Part shown: positions 37,430 through 51,503 of the stretch, in pieces | How the letters are laid out: every line of letters starts with the position of its first letter | Position numbering within the stretch: position 1 is the stretch's first letter | Source: Camelus dromedarius | Lineage: Eukaryota | Direction of reading: 5' to 3' | Length of the DNA stretch: 64,000 nt | Assembly: GCF_036321535.1 (NCBI RefSeq) | Contig: NC_087436.1 | Span: 57,290,001 to 57,354,000 of the forward strand | Position numbers and translations under genes: made by a program | The notes under the pieces: model-generated | Told to the model about the DNA's origin: nothing | Databases searched by the model: none | What the model saw: the letters and a program-made list of their open reading frames with translations, nothing else

Positions 37430-37780
37430 TGGAGGTAGATCCAGGCTTTGCGCCCTATTGAATGTGCACAATTTGATGGGTTTGGGAGTTGCCTCTTGAA
37501 AAACATAAATACAAAATTAGATAAGAAAATGAATAATTAGAATTTAAAAATCACAGTAAATTACTGAGGCTTGTAGATCTCACCTACTGACTTCTAAGAT
37601 GTCCTTAGGGCAATTTATCAGGAAAGTTTACATAGAAATTCTTCCTGATTGCAACCTGGCTTTCCTTACCCCACCTGGAACTCTCCACAACTCCCAGCAA
37701 CTCAGAGTGCTCACCATGCCCGTGCCAGTGAGGGGCCTTGAAGCTTAAGCTTTATTAGCTGCATGGTAACCCTGCCTCTG
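37430..37780. mobile_element. MER115/Zaphod-like hAT-Tip100 non-autonomous element
   Basis: Both termini are recognisable: ggtagatccaggctttg...aatacaaaatta and gtgaggggccttgaagcttaagctttattagc...gcctctg. Confidence 0.65.
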
Positions 37781-38359
37781 CTATCCATATGGAATATTGG
37801 TGGAAACAAGTGGTAAGAAGTATTGTTTCTGACCCTGTGCCTTCAGACTTAATATTTTTAGGTTCAACTTAAGATTGTGGACAAGATTTGGATCAAGGTT
37901 AAGAGTCCACTTAAAGGGACATTATTAAAATATTTTCATTTTACAATCTTGACTATATTTCACTCCCTTGCATGCTTTCAACTGGGAGAAATTATGTACA
38001 GAAATGTAAGCAATTCACCTTTTCATGGGCTCTGACTCTGAAGCAAAATATGAACTAGGAATCTTGGAAGCATTTTTATTCTCAGCCATCCATTGCAAAC
38101 ACATTCATATATAACTTCATAATTATAATAACAACACAATAATACACAATAAGTTGTTTGTAATTCCTGTCAATAAATCCTCTATGAAACAAGATCCCAT
38201 TTTCATGCTACAGACACATTAAGAAGACATTAAATTTCTGAGACAATTTTGGTAAGATAGACCCACAGGACAGAGCCTCCCACCCCCACAAGGAGTCAGA
38301 TGATGTAGGTCTTCACTGCTGGGCAGGATCAGAGGGTCCAGGACTAGATCACAGGAGTG

Positions 38360-39110
38360 ACAGGAAGTTAGAACGTGTAGGGCCTGCTTCCTTTGAGTAA
38401 CTTTAGGTTTACTCTGAGTTAAAAAAAAAAAAACAAACCATAAAACCATTTAGAGTGTTTTGAGCAGAGGAGAGGGGTGGCATGATATAACTTATGTTTC
38501 AAAAAGGATCACTCTGCTGCTATGCGGAGAATAGATTATTGGAGGCAAGGGCAAAGCCAGGGAGAGGTTGTTACTGTAACTTAGACGTGAGATGATGGCA
38601 GCGGTTGTATTCCAGGTTATGAAGATAGAGCTAACAGGATTTGCTTGTTGATTGTGTGTGAAGTGTGAAAGTGTGAAAGAAAAAGAAGAGTCACAGGTGA
38701 CTACAAGATTTTTAATCTGGACAATTAGAAATGTCTGTAAGAGCAAAGCCTGAACCTACAGTGTGTTTAGGAAGAGACCACCAAGAAGTCGGTTTCTGAC
38801 ATGTGACCTTGAGGTGCCCATCGGTCGTCCGGATGGAGATGTCAAGTAGAAAGTTATACAGGTGAGGCTGGAGTTAAGGGAGGAGGTCCAGACTGGCAGT
38901 ATCAGATTATGAATACTATTTAAAGTCATGTGGTTGGAGGAGCTCGTTAAGTGAGTGAACACAGAGAAATCCAAAGATTAAGAGGATTAAGTCCTGGTAC
39001 ACTCTTATGTTTAGAAATCAGGTGGGTAATTAGGGACTAGCAAAAAGACTGAAATAGTGTTGCCAGTAGGGTAGGAGGAAAAGCAAAAGAATGGGTACTG
39101 AGCAAGTAAA
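38360..39110 (-). mobile_element. L2 fragment
   Basis: ttttgagcagagg...aaaggatcactctgctgct...tgaggtgcccatc...ggagatgtcaagtag...ggagttaagggaggaggtc. Confidence 0.85.
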
Positions 39111-39849
39111 GGTGGAATGATTTGGTTCTGCACACACATTAACCTGCAAAAGTATTAATTAATCCAGAGGAAGATGCAGTAGCAGGTTCCCATCACACTC
39201 TGGACATGCACAGGGACCTAGGAGGGCTGAGTATTGTATCCCAGGTAAGGAGTCCCAGCCCTTAGGCTGTGGGGCTGAAAACCTGCCTGACTAGAGAAGT
39301 CCCAGCTGCTCCCTGGATATGATCAGGGGCTATGATCCAAGTCTGTGCTTCTATCTTAAAATGTGGCAAAGGCCCCCAGATCTTTTCTGTCTGTGATTAA
39401 CCAGGGACAGTTCTCAGGGAGAAAAGGAGTAGGAGACCACTTATAAATGGAAGGAAGGAGAAACTATGAGGCACCATAATAAAAATAAAAATCAAGATGT
39501 GTACGTGTGTGCTAAAACAAGGGCAAAGAGGTACAGGAGGAGAATTATAGACTGATAAAAAGAATAATCAAACAAGAATATAACCATCATGCACATATAT
39601 GTTCTTTCTCCTCTAAAGATCCCATTCCCTCCCACGGCTTTAACTCCCAAATGTGTTCAGATGACTGACTTACCCTTCATGCATGACTATTTGAAATCCT
39701 ATGGGCACCTCATGCTCAAAATGCCCAGAACTGAGCTCGCTCCCATCCCATCATACTCTACCCTCGAACCCCCACCCCACCAAATATGTGTTTCTCCTAC
39801 TGTTATTCCCTATCTTCGTGTATGGTTCAGTTTTAGCTTTTCTGTGTAA

Positions 39850-40150
39850 ATATAATCACAGACATTATACATACAATATATACAATAACACACATTTACT
39901 TCTCACTTACGGGGCCAGGGGTTCGCAGGCAGTTTCTGCTTTAGCTGTGGGTTAAGGTCAAATCTGTTCTGTGAGTTTCCTTCCGGGGCCCAAGCTGAAG
40001 GGGCAGTGGCTGCCTGGGGCATGTCCTTCTCTTGGAGGTAAGAAAGAAGCCTTCAGAGTGGTGAGTGACACCCTTTAATTCCTAAACTCCAATGAGCACC
40101 CATCATTTTGCCCACGTTGCATTGGTCAAGGCAAGTCAAAGAGTCTTCCC
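39850..40150 (-). mobile_element. MLT1 (H/I-like) LTR fragment
   Basis: catttacttctcac...ggggcccaagctgaaggggcagtggctgcctggggcatg...cattggtcaaggcaagtca. Confidence 0.7.
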
Positions 40151-41069
40151 TAAAATTACAGTGACAGTTTATGGAGGAAACCCAAAAGTTTTGTCTGACT
40201 CCACCGTTCTCATTCCTAACCATTATGTTCTGTGTTGGTTTTTCTATTATTCCTTTTCCACACCTGGCACTAGGACAAGGGTTTGACCGTTCAGTGGGTC
40301 TGATTACTTGACTGTAGAGTCTAAATTCACTAAATGACCACACAGACTTCCCTTTTCTTTAATATGGTTCAGAAACTGCTAGTGTGATTGCCCTTTTCTT
40401 TGACAGTTTAGATCATTCTTTATACTAAATATTCCATTTCAGAATATTTCTATTTACAGATGTTTTCTAGAAGCCAAATTTAGCTGAGGACAATCAATAT
40501 TTCTTTCATAGCAAGTGACAATGCTGTTTATTGTGTATACTGTTATTGTGTGTACACAATACTTTTTAATCTTATATATCAAAGAATAAAAGAATATATA
40601 GGAATTAGATTAATATTGGATATTTTCACTTATTTATCACTAAATTTTTGTTTGAGTGCTTTATTTCTTCAATAAAGGAGAGCCAGGAGTGTGTTGATCA
40701 ATAAGTTGTAAAAATAGATCTTTTTAAAAGAGAGAGAACTGCATTCTGATTTTGCCTTGTATTTCATTGAATATAAAGTAACTCTTTACAAAGAGACTAA
40801 CCATTTTATGAATTTTTTGTTAAGAAAACATGGAACATTATTCAAAACTTTTTGTTTTCTCTCAGACTGAGAATGCCAATTAAATTAGAGAATTTGGAAG
40901 TTAAAAAACACAGTTTTAGTTCTGTACCCTCCACTCCACTCTATCTAAAACTTCTCTAAAAAATAAAATCTATTAATTTTTAAAACCACAAAAAATTTTT
41001 AGAATAATTTTTAACATATAGTTCAGTTGATTATCAGGTTGTCTCAAAGTCTAACAATTTGCTTTAACT

Positions 41070-41295
41070 CAGTGGTTCTCAACCCTATCTGTCTGAATAT
41101 TAGAACTCTTGAGGAACATTAAAAACGTGGTTACCCCAACTGTGAAAATATGAAGTATTATTTTAAATTAGTGAGTTTTATAATATGTGAATTATATCTT
41201 GATGAGGGTTTTCTTTAAAAAAATGTTAGTGCCCAGTTCTTACTCTGAGGAAAGGTCGAGGCACCCAGGTGATTCTAATGGGCAGCCAGGGGATA
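41070..41295. mobile_element. MER5-like MITE, interrupted
   Basis: cagtggttctcaaccct...attagaa at the left end and cccaggtgattctaatgggcagccaggg at the right end. Confidence 0.6.
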
Positions 41296-44200
41296 ACATT
41301 TGCCCTGTTTAGCTAAAATAGTTATTAGCATTCATCATGTTTAGGATTTATTCTGGCAAAAGAAGTGTTGAAAAGCAAAACAGTTTCATTCCCCAGCTTC
41401 GTTCAGGTTGATTATAAGTCTTCAGGATTGATAAGTAAGGGTAAAACGCTTTGGAAATAATAGAAAGCAACCTAATTGCTTTCAACTCACTTCAATGTGG
41501 TATAGAAACAAGCTCATTTCATACTAGATGGAAAGGCAGAATTATATTCAGAACCAAAGAGACCCCTTCTGGAGAGGGATTGTGGGGGGTGGGGGGTGAT
41601 TTCCACCGCAGGGCACAGGATCAGCAAAACCTACCAGAAGTGTCGGGACTGGATTGGCAAGTGGAACGTCACTGTATATGATGACACAGATTTTCAGTGA
41701 CACATACACTCACCTTGATCATTATGCTGAGAATGTGACAGGTTGTGTCCATGATGTGAGTTTACTGCTGGAAAGGGAAGTGTCCCGTAGTGGGATATGC
41801 TGTTTACAGACCCCTTCTCCTCCTCTCCTTTCATGGCATCACCTGCCCTGCCAGATGCCAATTGTCTTCAGGAGATAACTCATAAAACAGGACTTACCTC
41901 TAAAATAACCTTCTCAGGCCTACCGTTGGAGAGTGCCCAACTCTGGACATCTCTCTCCATCTTTTAAAGTCTATCACAAGGTCTACAGATTGAGCACTGT
42001 CTTTATCTCCCCTATATTCAGATGTTTCCCATTGTAACAGAGATGGGCTCTAAGATTTAAGTTACTCAAGGTAATATCCTTTCTCCTGACAAAATGATTG
42101 GTTCAGTGGAGCTCAAGACTTCTGTTTTGTTGTTGGGGGAAAACACATGTTCTCCCTCTGGCTTTGAATGTGGAAGCATGTGGCCCTGTGAATTACTCAG
42201 AACTATATTGTTTGCATTAGGGAAGCCACGCTGAGAACAACGTCAACCTGTCTTGTGGACAGAGCTGAGAAAATTGCATAGGATGAGATGAAGCGTCTTG
42301 ATAAAACTGTGACAATCTGGATCAAACCCTCACTGATCCAAGAGCCTTCTGTTGGGTGAGCCCATAAGTCCCCTTTAGTGTTTTTTTTCATTTCGAGGGA
42401 GTCTTTCTGTTCCTTCTGTTCTGCAAGGAACTAATTTGACTATTATATGTGGAATTTATTTTAATTGGTTAATTCAAAAAATAAAATTAAAGAACAATAT
42501 AATCTTTTGGTATAATTAACAGCCTTCTCAGGATATTTAAATTTAAATAGGGAAAATGCCTAAAATTGAAGAAGTTCATTTAAAAGTAATAATACAGTGA
42601 ATGGCCTGAAGATTTTTAGGGTTGAGATTTCAGATAGAGAGGACTTCCCAAACCAAAACACTCCAAGAGAGGACCATCTGGCCTCTAGTTTGTGTCCAGC
42701 AGAATCTGCCTTCCTTTTGATAGCTGATTCTGTTACTTCTGTCATGGTGCCTACTCCTCCAAATAGAACTACACCATCACCAGCTAAGTCTCTCTCTCTC
42801 AGCCTAGCTTCTCTTTTCTCTCTCCCCTTTTTATCCTTCTCCTTTTCATCCTGAGCCTCACTGTTGATCCAAGAACCAGATGCGTTTAAGCCTTTCCTTT
42901 TTGCTCCTGAATGTCATCCCTTCAGGACACTGAATAACTAATAAATTAATCCAAGTCAATATTCTAGTGGCTAGATAGGCTGTCCCAGATTACACATTAA
43001 TTCTTAACCATGCCCAGAATCTCCCTTGTTTAATCTAAAGATTATTCATAATTCTGATAATTTGGTGGAAGAAAGGACCAAGAGAAGAAGGGGGGAAGCT
43101 TTTGAGGAGATTCTCAGACCACCCTGACAAAGCAGATATGACCAGGCGACCGAGCTAAGAAATTCTGGAATAATGGAAGTGGAACACGGTTTGGAGGGAA
43201 CTTGGTACTCAAGTGTGTGAAGTGGGGTAATGAAAGGAGAGAGACTGTACTTCTAAACTGAGTAAGGAGACAGAAATAATTTTGCCCATTGGTGAAGAGG
43301 GTAGGAAAGTGAGATTACCGTCATGATCTCAGAAAATCAATAATCAGACTCAAAGTCTGCAGAAATTCAACCAAAAGTTTAATTATAACTTTTATATCTA
43401 AACATAACATGAAAATGTAGAACAAAAGCTGTTTTAAAATTGGGGCGCTAGCAGAGACCACCGCTAGTTGTGATTGGTCAAATACAACTATTAGAAAGAA
43501 GGGCAACAAATAAATTTTGAATGGGTAGGTTAGCACTAATTTTTACCTTTCATATTCTCCATCCTTGACTCTCTCTTTGCACAAATATATCTTTTTTCCT
43601 GCCAGACACTAGAATGAGAGTTTTATCTTAATGCTTTTTATGTTGATTTTTTAAAAAAAACTGTTTAGATCTGCTCTATGGAAGGGCCACATCCTTGAGA
43701 ACACCTGCCTTGCTGTTAACTGATTATTATTAAGCAAGAGCAAATGACATGAAGTCAGTTACAATAAAGTGTAAATAAAAAAGTTTATGGCAGGGTGTGT
43801 AAAGCAAAAAAAAAAAAAAAAAAAAAAAACTGGAATTAATCATCCAGGCAAAGCAGGGACAGATCCAAAGGTCATTTTTTTTTCTTCACTTAAATACATC
43901 TAACTTTGATTAAAAGTTGTGTTCAGGTTTCAAAATTTTTAACTTGGGATCATAATTGATTAATTCTTTGTGACTTCCAGTGAAACAATTAAGCTCACCC
44001 TCTAAAGAAAATGATTTTATTAATATAACAAGCTTTTTTCCTCTGGGGAGTAGTCTGAGCAGTAAATCAGCCTAGAACATTTTAAGATATTGGGCTTTTT
44101 GTAGCTGAAATTTCTTCCAAGGACATGAAAAATTCAGTTTTCTGCATTCACTTCTGTTTAATTGAGAACCAGAGTTATTTAAAAACTTAGCACAAGGGAT

Positions 44201-45189
44201 AGAATTATTCTTTGGTTAGCCCTTTTGTTATCATCTTTTGTGCCCTATCTCATATGACCTGATTTTCTTTGAGAACTCAGGAGACAACTTAGAATTGGAG
44301 GAAGAATTCTACTCAATTTCAACTGAATGATGTTTATTAAACACTTATTTTGTACCAGTCAGTATGCTTAGGTTGCAGGAGGTACAGACATGAGCAATAT
44401 ACTTCTTATCATTGGCAGTGTCAGTGGGTGGTTAGGGTGGGGTTAGATCCATCACAAGATGTATAATTCACCATCGCCTATCCCAAGTAAGCACGCAATC
44501 TAAGGAAAACCACTTCATCTAACACTTTAAAGTACCTTCTACACACGTACCCTATTAGGAGCCCTCCACCTCCACCTCCACCTCATACTCCTAACAAGAG
44601 TGCTTCCTCTAAGCAATTCTATATTAGCTCTTGTGCTAAAGAAACTTAGAGTCCACACACACACACCCCTCAAACCTTTTGCTATAAAAGAATACAGTAT
44701 AGAAAGTGCTTTTCTGCCTCTCTTATTTACAAACTACCATCTGGATGTGTTTCTTCCAAACCTCTTCTGTGTTCTCTATATCCTTTTTAATCATAGGATT
44801 CTTGGTAAAATCTGTTTTCTTAGAACTTATGTGTTAATTTACAATGGTATATGTTTTGGCCAATTTATTATTAAAACCTGGAATCTTCCAACCAATGTCA
44901 CTCTCAAAATTCATAAATATAATGTTCTAGATTTTGACTCCAGTCTTTGTTCTCTCTCACTGGGTCTGAGGTATGACAGTTAGGTCATGACTTATAGTGT
45001 CTCTTTAGTACCCATAGTATATACAATTTGAATCATCAGGATGAATTGACCTTCATCTCTCTTCATTTACTTTCTTCTAAAGCAGTTTTATTTCTCCAGA
45101 ATCACAATTACTATTTTTTAAGTGCTTCTTTTCTTACTTTATTTTTTAAATGAACAAAGATTGTCTTTTTCTTGTGTTTTTGTTCTTTG

Positions 45190-48100
45190 AATTTTACCAC
45201 ATGTGTGAATTCATACAACCATCCTCACAATCAGGATGCAGAATAATTCCACCACTCTCCTTGTTTAAAGTTGTTCCTTTTCTTATTGTTGGGTTTTGAG
45301 AGTTTCTTATGTGTTCTGCACAGATATATGTTACTGGATATATGATTTGCAAATATTTTCCTCTAGTCTTTACTTTGTCTTTTCATTCTCTTAATGATAT
45401 TTTTTTCAGGGCCAAACTTTTAATTTTGATGAATTCCAATTTGCCAATATTTTTCTTTTATAGAGCACAGTATTAGTGTTGATTCTAAGGATTCTTTGCC
45501 TAACCTTTTCTCTTATGTTTCCTTCTAAAAATTTTATAGTTTTATGTATTATATTTATATCTCTAATCCAATTTGGGTTAATTTTGCCATAAAATATAAA
45601 GTCTAAGTTGGGTTTTTTTTTTAAACAGATGAATATCCAATTGTTCTGACATGATTTGTTGAAAACATCATCTTTCTCAATTGAATTAACTTTGCATCTT
45701 TGTGAAAAATCAATTGACCTTAACTGTGTGGGCCTATTTCTGGGTACTCTATTCTGTTCCATTGATCTATGTGGCTATCCTTTTGCCAAAACCACAATTT
45801 ATAGATTAAAATACTGTTATAACAATTCTTAAAATCAAGTAGTTTAAATCTTGCAATTTTATTCTTCTTTTGAAAAATTTTTTTGGCTCTCCAAATGCCT
45901 TTGCTTTTCCATGTAAATTTAGAATCAGTTTGTCTATACCTACAAAAATTCCTGCTTGGATTATTATGTTAAATCTGTACATCAATCTGAAGAACAGTGA
46001 CATGTTAACTACTTTGAATCTTTCAGTCCACAAACGGGGTATGTTTCTCAGTTTATTTAGGTTTTCTTTGATCTCTCTAATTAATGTTTTGAAGTTAGAT
46101 TTATTCCTAAATATTTCATTTTTTCAAACTATTATGAATGCTATTTTAATTAAGAAATTTGAGCCTCCAATTGTTCATTGCTGGTGTATACAAATATGAT
46201 TGATTTCTGTGTGTTGTGTAACCTGCAACTGTGCTAACCTTACATAATAGTTCTAAGAACCTTTTTGTTGATTCTATGATATTTTTAAAAAATATACAAG
46301 CATGTCATCTGTAAATAATGACAGATTAATTCTCACCTTCCAATCTGCTGTCTTGCCTTATTGCACTGGCAAGGACTTCCAGTACAATGTTGAATATGAG
46401 CAGTAAGAGTTAACAGTCTTGCCTTATTCTCTGTCTCATAGGAGAAACCATTCGTTGTTTAACCATGAAGCATATTGTTAGCTATAGGTTTTTTGTAGAT
46501 GCCTTTTATCAGGTTAACACAGTCCCTTCTCTATTCCTGCATAACTTTTATTATGAAGAGATAATGAATTTTGTCAAATGCTTTTTCTGCTTCAGCTAAT
46601 ATAATTATATAGGTTTTCTTCTTTTGTCTGTTAATATGGTGGATTATCTTGATTGATTTTCAAATATCAAATGAGTCTTTAATTCCCAGGACAAATTTCC
46701 CTTGGTCACAGTGTATTATTCTTTGTATATGTTTTGATTTGTTAGCATTTTGCTGATTATTTTTCTGTCTATATTCATGAAGGATATTAGTCTCTAGTTT
46801 TATTTTCTGGCAGCATCTTTGGTTTTGGCATCAAGGTAATGCTGGATGTGATTATCTTAGTGAATATCCCTTCTATGTTTGAGAAAATATGTAATCTGCT
46901 TTTCCTGAGTCAGACGTTCTATAAAAGTCAGTTAAATCCAATGGATTAATGGTGCTATTCAGTACTTCTATTCTTAAATTTCCTCTGTCTACTTGTTCTA
47001 TCAATTACTGAGAAAGGAACGTTGACATTTCTAAGTATAATTGCAGATTTGCCAATTTTTTTCTTTCTTTTCTATCAGTTTTGGCTTTATGTATTTTGAA
47101 GTTCTGATATTTGGTTGTATACATTTAGGATTCTTTATGTCTTCTTGTAAATTTAACCCTTTTATTATTACATAATGTTTCTCTTAACCCCTAGTAATTT
47201 TCCTTTCTTCATAGTCCCCTGTGTCTGATATTAATATAGCCACTGAAGCTTTCTTTTGATTAGTGTTTGCATGGTATATCTTTTTCCATTCATTTATATT
47301 TTACCTCCCAATATCATAATATTTAAAATAGATTTCTTATAAGCAATGTTAATAATAGTTAAGCCTTTAATAATCATTCTGACAACTTCTGTCTTTTAGT
47401 TTATCTTCTTGAACTACTTATATTTAATAAAATCATTGATATGTTTGGAATTAGATCTACAATTTTGTTACCTGTTCTCTTTCTATTCCTTTTGTGTTTT
47501 GCTCCTGTTTCCCCTTTACTGCTTTCTTCGGTTTATTTGTATATGTTTAATGATTCCAATTTATCTATTGAGTTTTTTTTACTGTCCCTTTGTATAGTTT
47601 TTTGTTTTTTTGTTTGTTTGTTAAGGGTGGCTGTAAAGATTACAATATATGTATTTAACTTTTCACTGTATACTTAGAATGAATACTTTACTATTTCAAG
47701 GAAAACGTATAAAACTCCTATAGGTTCTTTTACCTACACCATCCATGTTGTAATTGTTGAATGTATTACTTCTATGTACATTGAAAAGCCAATCAAGACA
47801 ATGCTTTTTGAAAGCAGTATTTTTTGCTTTTTACAGACATAAATATTTGAAAGAACTTAGAAGAAAAGAATAATCTATTACATTTATCTAGCTTCTACCA
47901 TTTCTGTTACTTTCCTTCATTTCTAAAGTTCCAAATTTCCCTCTTGTATTATCTCCCTTCTGAAGTCTGAGAAAGTTCCCGTGGCATTTTTCAGAGCAGG
48001 TCTGTGGTGATAAATTCTTTTATTTTTCCTTCATCTTAATATTTCTTTATTTCTCTTTTATTTCTGAAGGATGTTTGCACCGGATATTCTCTGTTGACAG

Positions 48101-49840
48101 TTCTTTTCTGAAGCACTTGAAGATTCCACTTGCTTCTTACTTGCATAGTTGGAAGTAATGATAAACCCAGTCATTGAAATCACTGTTACGCTAAAGATAG
48201 GATACAGCTTTTCTCCAGTTGCTTTCGGGCCTTTTTTTTTTTTTTTTTTTTTTTTGTCTTATTGTTCAGCAGTTTGATTATGATGTACCTGGGCACTGAT
48301 TTCTTTTCTTTAAAATGATCATGTCTGGAGTTTACTGAGCTTCTAGAATCTGTGTCTTTTGTCAAATTTGGAAAGTTTTCAGCCATTATTTTTCTAAGTA
48401 TTTTTTATGTTCCATGTTCTTTCTCATCTTCTTTTGGAACTCTGATGACAAAACTCAGACCTTTTGCTATTGTTTTATAGGCTCCAAGGCTTTGTTCACT
48501 TTTTTACAACTTTTTTTGTTTCTGTTATTTAGGTGATTTTTGTTGATCCACTTTTAAAGTTTGCTGACTTTTTATTCTGTTACCTCCTTTTTGCTGTGAA
48601 ACCTGCTTAGTGGGTATTTTTTGTATTGACTATTTTAAATTGTATTTGGTCCTTTTTTATGTCTTCTATTTCTTTGCTGAAGTTTCTCATTTATTTCAAG
48701 TGTATTCTCTCTTACTTCTTGAAATATGGTTATAATAGCTTCTTTGCAGTCTTTATTGGATAATTACAACATCTGATCATCAGATCATCTGTTGATTTTC
48801 TTTTCCCTTGTGGGTTCAGTTTTTCCTGATTCTTTATATGGCAAGTACTTTTAATTGTATCCAAAGTTGAATAGTAGTTTGACCCTGGGCTTTGCTTAAA
48901 TCTTAAGAAGAAAGCTGATTTTTTGTTTGTTTCAACAGACAAACAGGTTAAAGATGGAGACTCCAAGTTTTGATTTGTCCCCTTTGGTTTGTGGTCCAAA
49001 TATCATTCAGGTTTTAAAGTATTTGTAGTGCTATTAAGATCAGTACCAGGTAAATGCCAGTGGCCAGTCTGGGACCTAGACAGTGGTCTACCTTGTAACT
49101 CCACTGTCAAAGCAGGTGGTATGCTATTTAGAGTCAGATCCATGCATGCACAGCTCTTAGGTCAGCCCAGGAGTCCGTGTACAACTTTATGAGTCTCATT
49201 TCTTGATTTTTCTTTTCACCATGATCTCCCCCAACACGTTCTGGCTCCCACAGACCTCCCTTTCTGGTCCTCTGTACAGAAAACTAGGACTTCAGTTTTC
49301 TTATCTGTCATGTTCTTCTGCAACTGTGTCTGCGTATACTGCCTAGCAGCAAAAGGACAGAGAAAGAATAAAAATAATGAGGATTCACTCCATACTCCCA
49401 TGACCATAGCTCTCTCATTATAGAAAGATACTTCACTCATTCAGAATTTTATGTGCCTCCCTGGCCACGACCACCATCTGAAGGCTAGGACGGGAGAAAG
49501 GAAAAATAATAATTTAAAAGTTTTAAAAGCAGGGAATGTGCTCTTTTCTCTGACCCGTGAGATTCCTCTTTTCCACAATCTCTTTCTCAGAAAGAGAGAG
49601 ATTTTCTTAAAGTTTTTTGCTTCTCAATCATGCACACTTCTGGAGTTAGAGCCTCCCTTGAGTTTATGCCAGTGATACTGGAGGGAAAAAAAATAGGGAA
49701 CTCACCACTGGTTTGGTGTAACCTCAAATCCTAGCTTTTTTCCTACAGTCTTCCTGCTAAAATTTTCTCTTCAGCATCTTCATATAGCTGCTTCCGTATT
49801 TACACTTGCATTCAGGGCAGAGTGTGCTTAATTCTTCCTT
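45190..49840 (-). mobile_element. Old L1 (~4.6 kb, internally deleted) with ORF2, ORF1 and 5' region remnants
   Basis: ORF-track remnants are L1-like: 45406-45762 (DVFNKSCQNNWI...KINPNWIRDINI, ORF2 C-terminal half), 45806-46033 (MYRFNII...IDKLIL) and 48186-48386 (MAENFPNL...PRYIIIKLL, ORF1). Confidence 0.92.
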
Positions 49841-49899
49841 AGAACTTGCAATCTTTCTCAAGTACTCTTAATCCACAATTTATTGCTCAAGTTTGGGGT

Positions 49900-50110
49900 T
49901 TCCATTGTACTTTAATAGCTCTTTGCAATTTACAAATCAATTTATAAATTTACTAGTAAATGTCACGTGAATGATATCATTTAATCCTCACAACAATCCT
50001 TTAAGTTTGAGTAGATATAGGAACCAAGATGCAAAGAGTCTAAACTTATTAGAGAAATGATGAGAAGTCTAGTCTCCCAATTCCAAGGTGTGTTCTTTAT
50101 ACCACAACAC
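49900..50110 (-). mobile_element. MIR SINE
   Basis: atcatttaatcctcacaacaatcct. Confidence 0.65.
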
Positions 50111-50609
50111 CACTTAAGGTTATTCTGATGCATCCTCTTTCATATTTCCCTCTTGATGGTATAGCCCAGGTGAAAATATACATGAGTAGTGTATTGTGGC
50201 CATAACAGAGGTTTAATTAAGTGCTGAGGAATCTGAGCACAGAGAATATTACACATCTTGCCGTTTCTCTGCTTTTCTTTGGACTCTTCCTTTTACCTGA
50301 CATATCTTTCCTCCCAATTCTACAGTCAAAGATCTATTCAATCTCTAGCACCTATATAAATCTGTCCCCATCAGTACTGCCTGGATTTAGCTAGAATGAT
50401 GACCAAATGGCCAGTGCTAGGGAAGGGGTTCTTGTTCCAGCCTTTCTCAGCTCCGCTCAGCTGCAGTTTCTCATTAATTTAATAGTTACTATATTCCAAA
50501 TGTTTTGCTAGGGGTAGCAAATAAAGGGAGAATGAGAGCCACCTCTGTACTTAATGAGCTCTCAGTCTAGCAAAAGGGACAAATCATGTTGTTGCTTTGG
50601 TAAATACCA

Positions 50610-50865
50610 GCAAAGATTTACTGTCTGCTTATTATGTGCAATGCACTGTGTAAAGCCCATGATATGGATAAATCTATCAAGTAGTAAAATTCTTACACCC
50701 ACTTGACAAATGAGGAAGCAAAACTCTCTAGGGAGGTTAACTAACTTATTCAAGGTCACACCGTATTGGAAGTGGTTATGTCAGGATTTGAACCCAGATG
50801 CCTAAGTATTAAGCGATTAGAATCCAGGTTTCCTAATGATACATTGGATTCTTTCCACTACTGCT
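50610..50865 (-). mobile_element. MIR SINE
   Basis: acaaatgaggaagc...gaggttaactaacttattcaaggtcaca...ggatttgaacccag. Confidence 0.8.
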
Positions 50866-50964
50866 TCTTTAAAGTTAATCAAACTTCATTCTGTTTTTGT
50901 TCAAACAGATTCTTCCTTCTTGATATTCAGAGCAGAGAAGTCACCAAGAGCTCCTTAAAGAAGA

Positions 50965-51250
50965 GTTAACATGTCCAAACCGAGCTTCCTGCCCATCACA
51001 GCCAAACTGTTTCTTTTTCTGTCTTTCTTATCTCAGCTAATGGCATTTCTATTCCTCCAGTTGCTCAGACCAAAAACTTTGATGTGATCTTAGTCCCCTC
51101 TCTTTCTCTCACATCTCATTTTCGGAATGTCAGCCAATTCTGTTGTCTATACGTTTAAACTATGTCCAAAATTTGATAAGTTCTCACCAATCACACTAAC
51201 TACCTGATCCAGGTCATCAGCATCTCTCACCAATTTGCATCCCTGCCCTT
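50965..51250 (+). mobile_element. L2 fragment
   Basis: aacatgtccaaaccgagct...ccagttgctcagaccaaaaac...ctctctttctctcaca. Confidence 0.8.
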
Positions 51251-51503
51251 AAATCTTAGGCAAAATGGGTCCGTCCACCTGAATTGTGAATTGAGCCACA
51301 ATTTCACAATGAAAAATATTCCCAAAGGAGAGATTATCAGCACTTTAATATATTTGTCCCACTGTGCAATGCTAACTAAAATTGACTGCTACTTAATCTT
51401 GGAGATGATTGATTTAGCCATAAATGATACATGCAGTGATTATTTATCACTATTTTTGCTCCTTCAAGAACACAGAAAGAAATTCTATTGTATCAAGATC
51501 CAT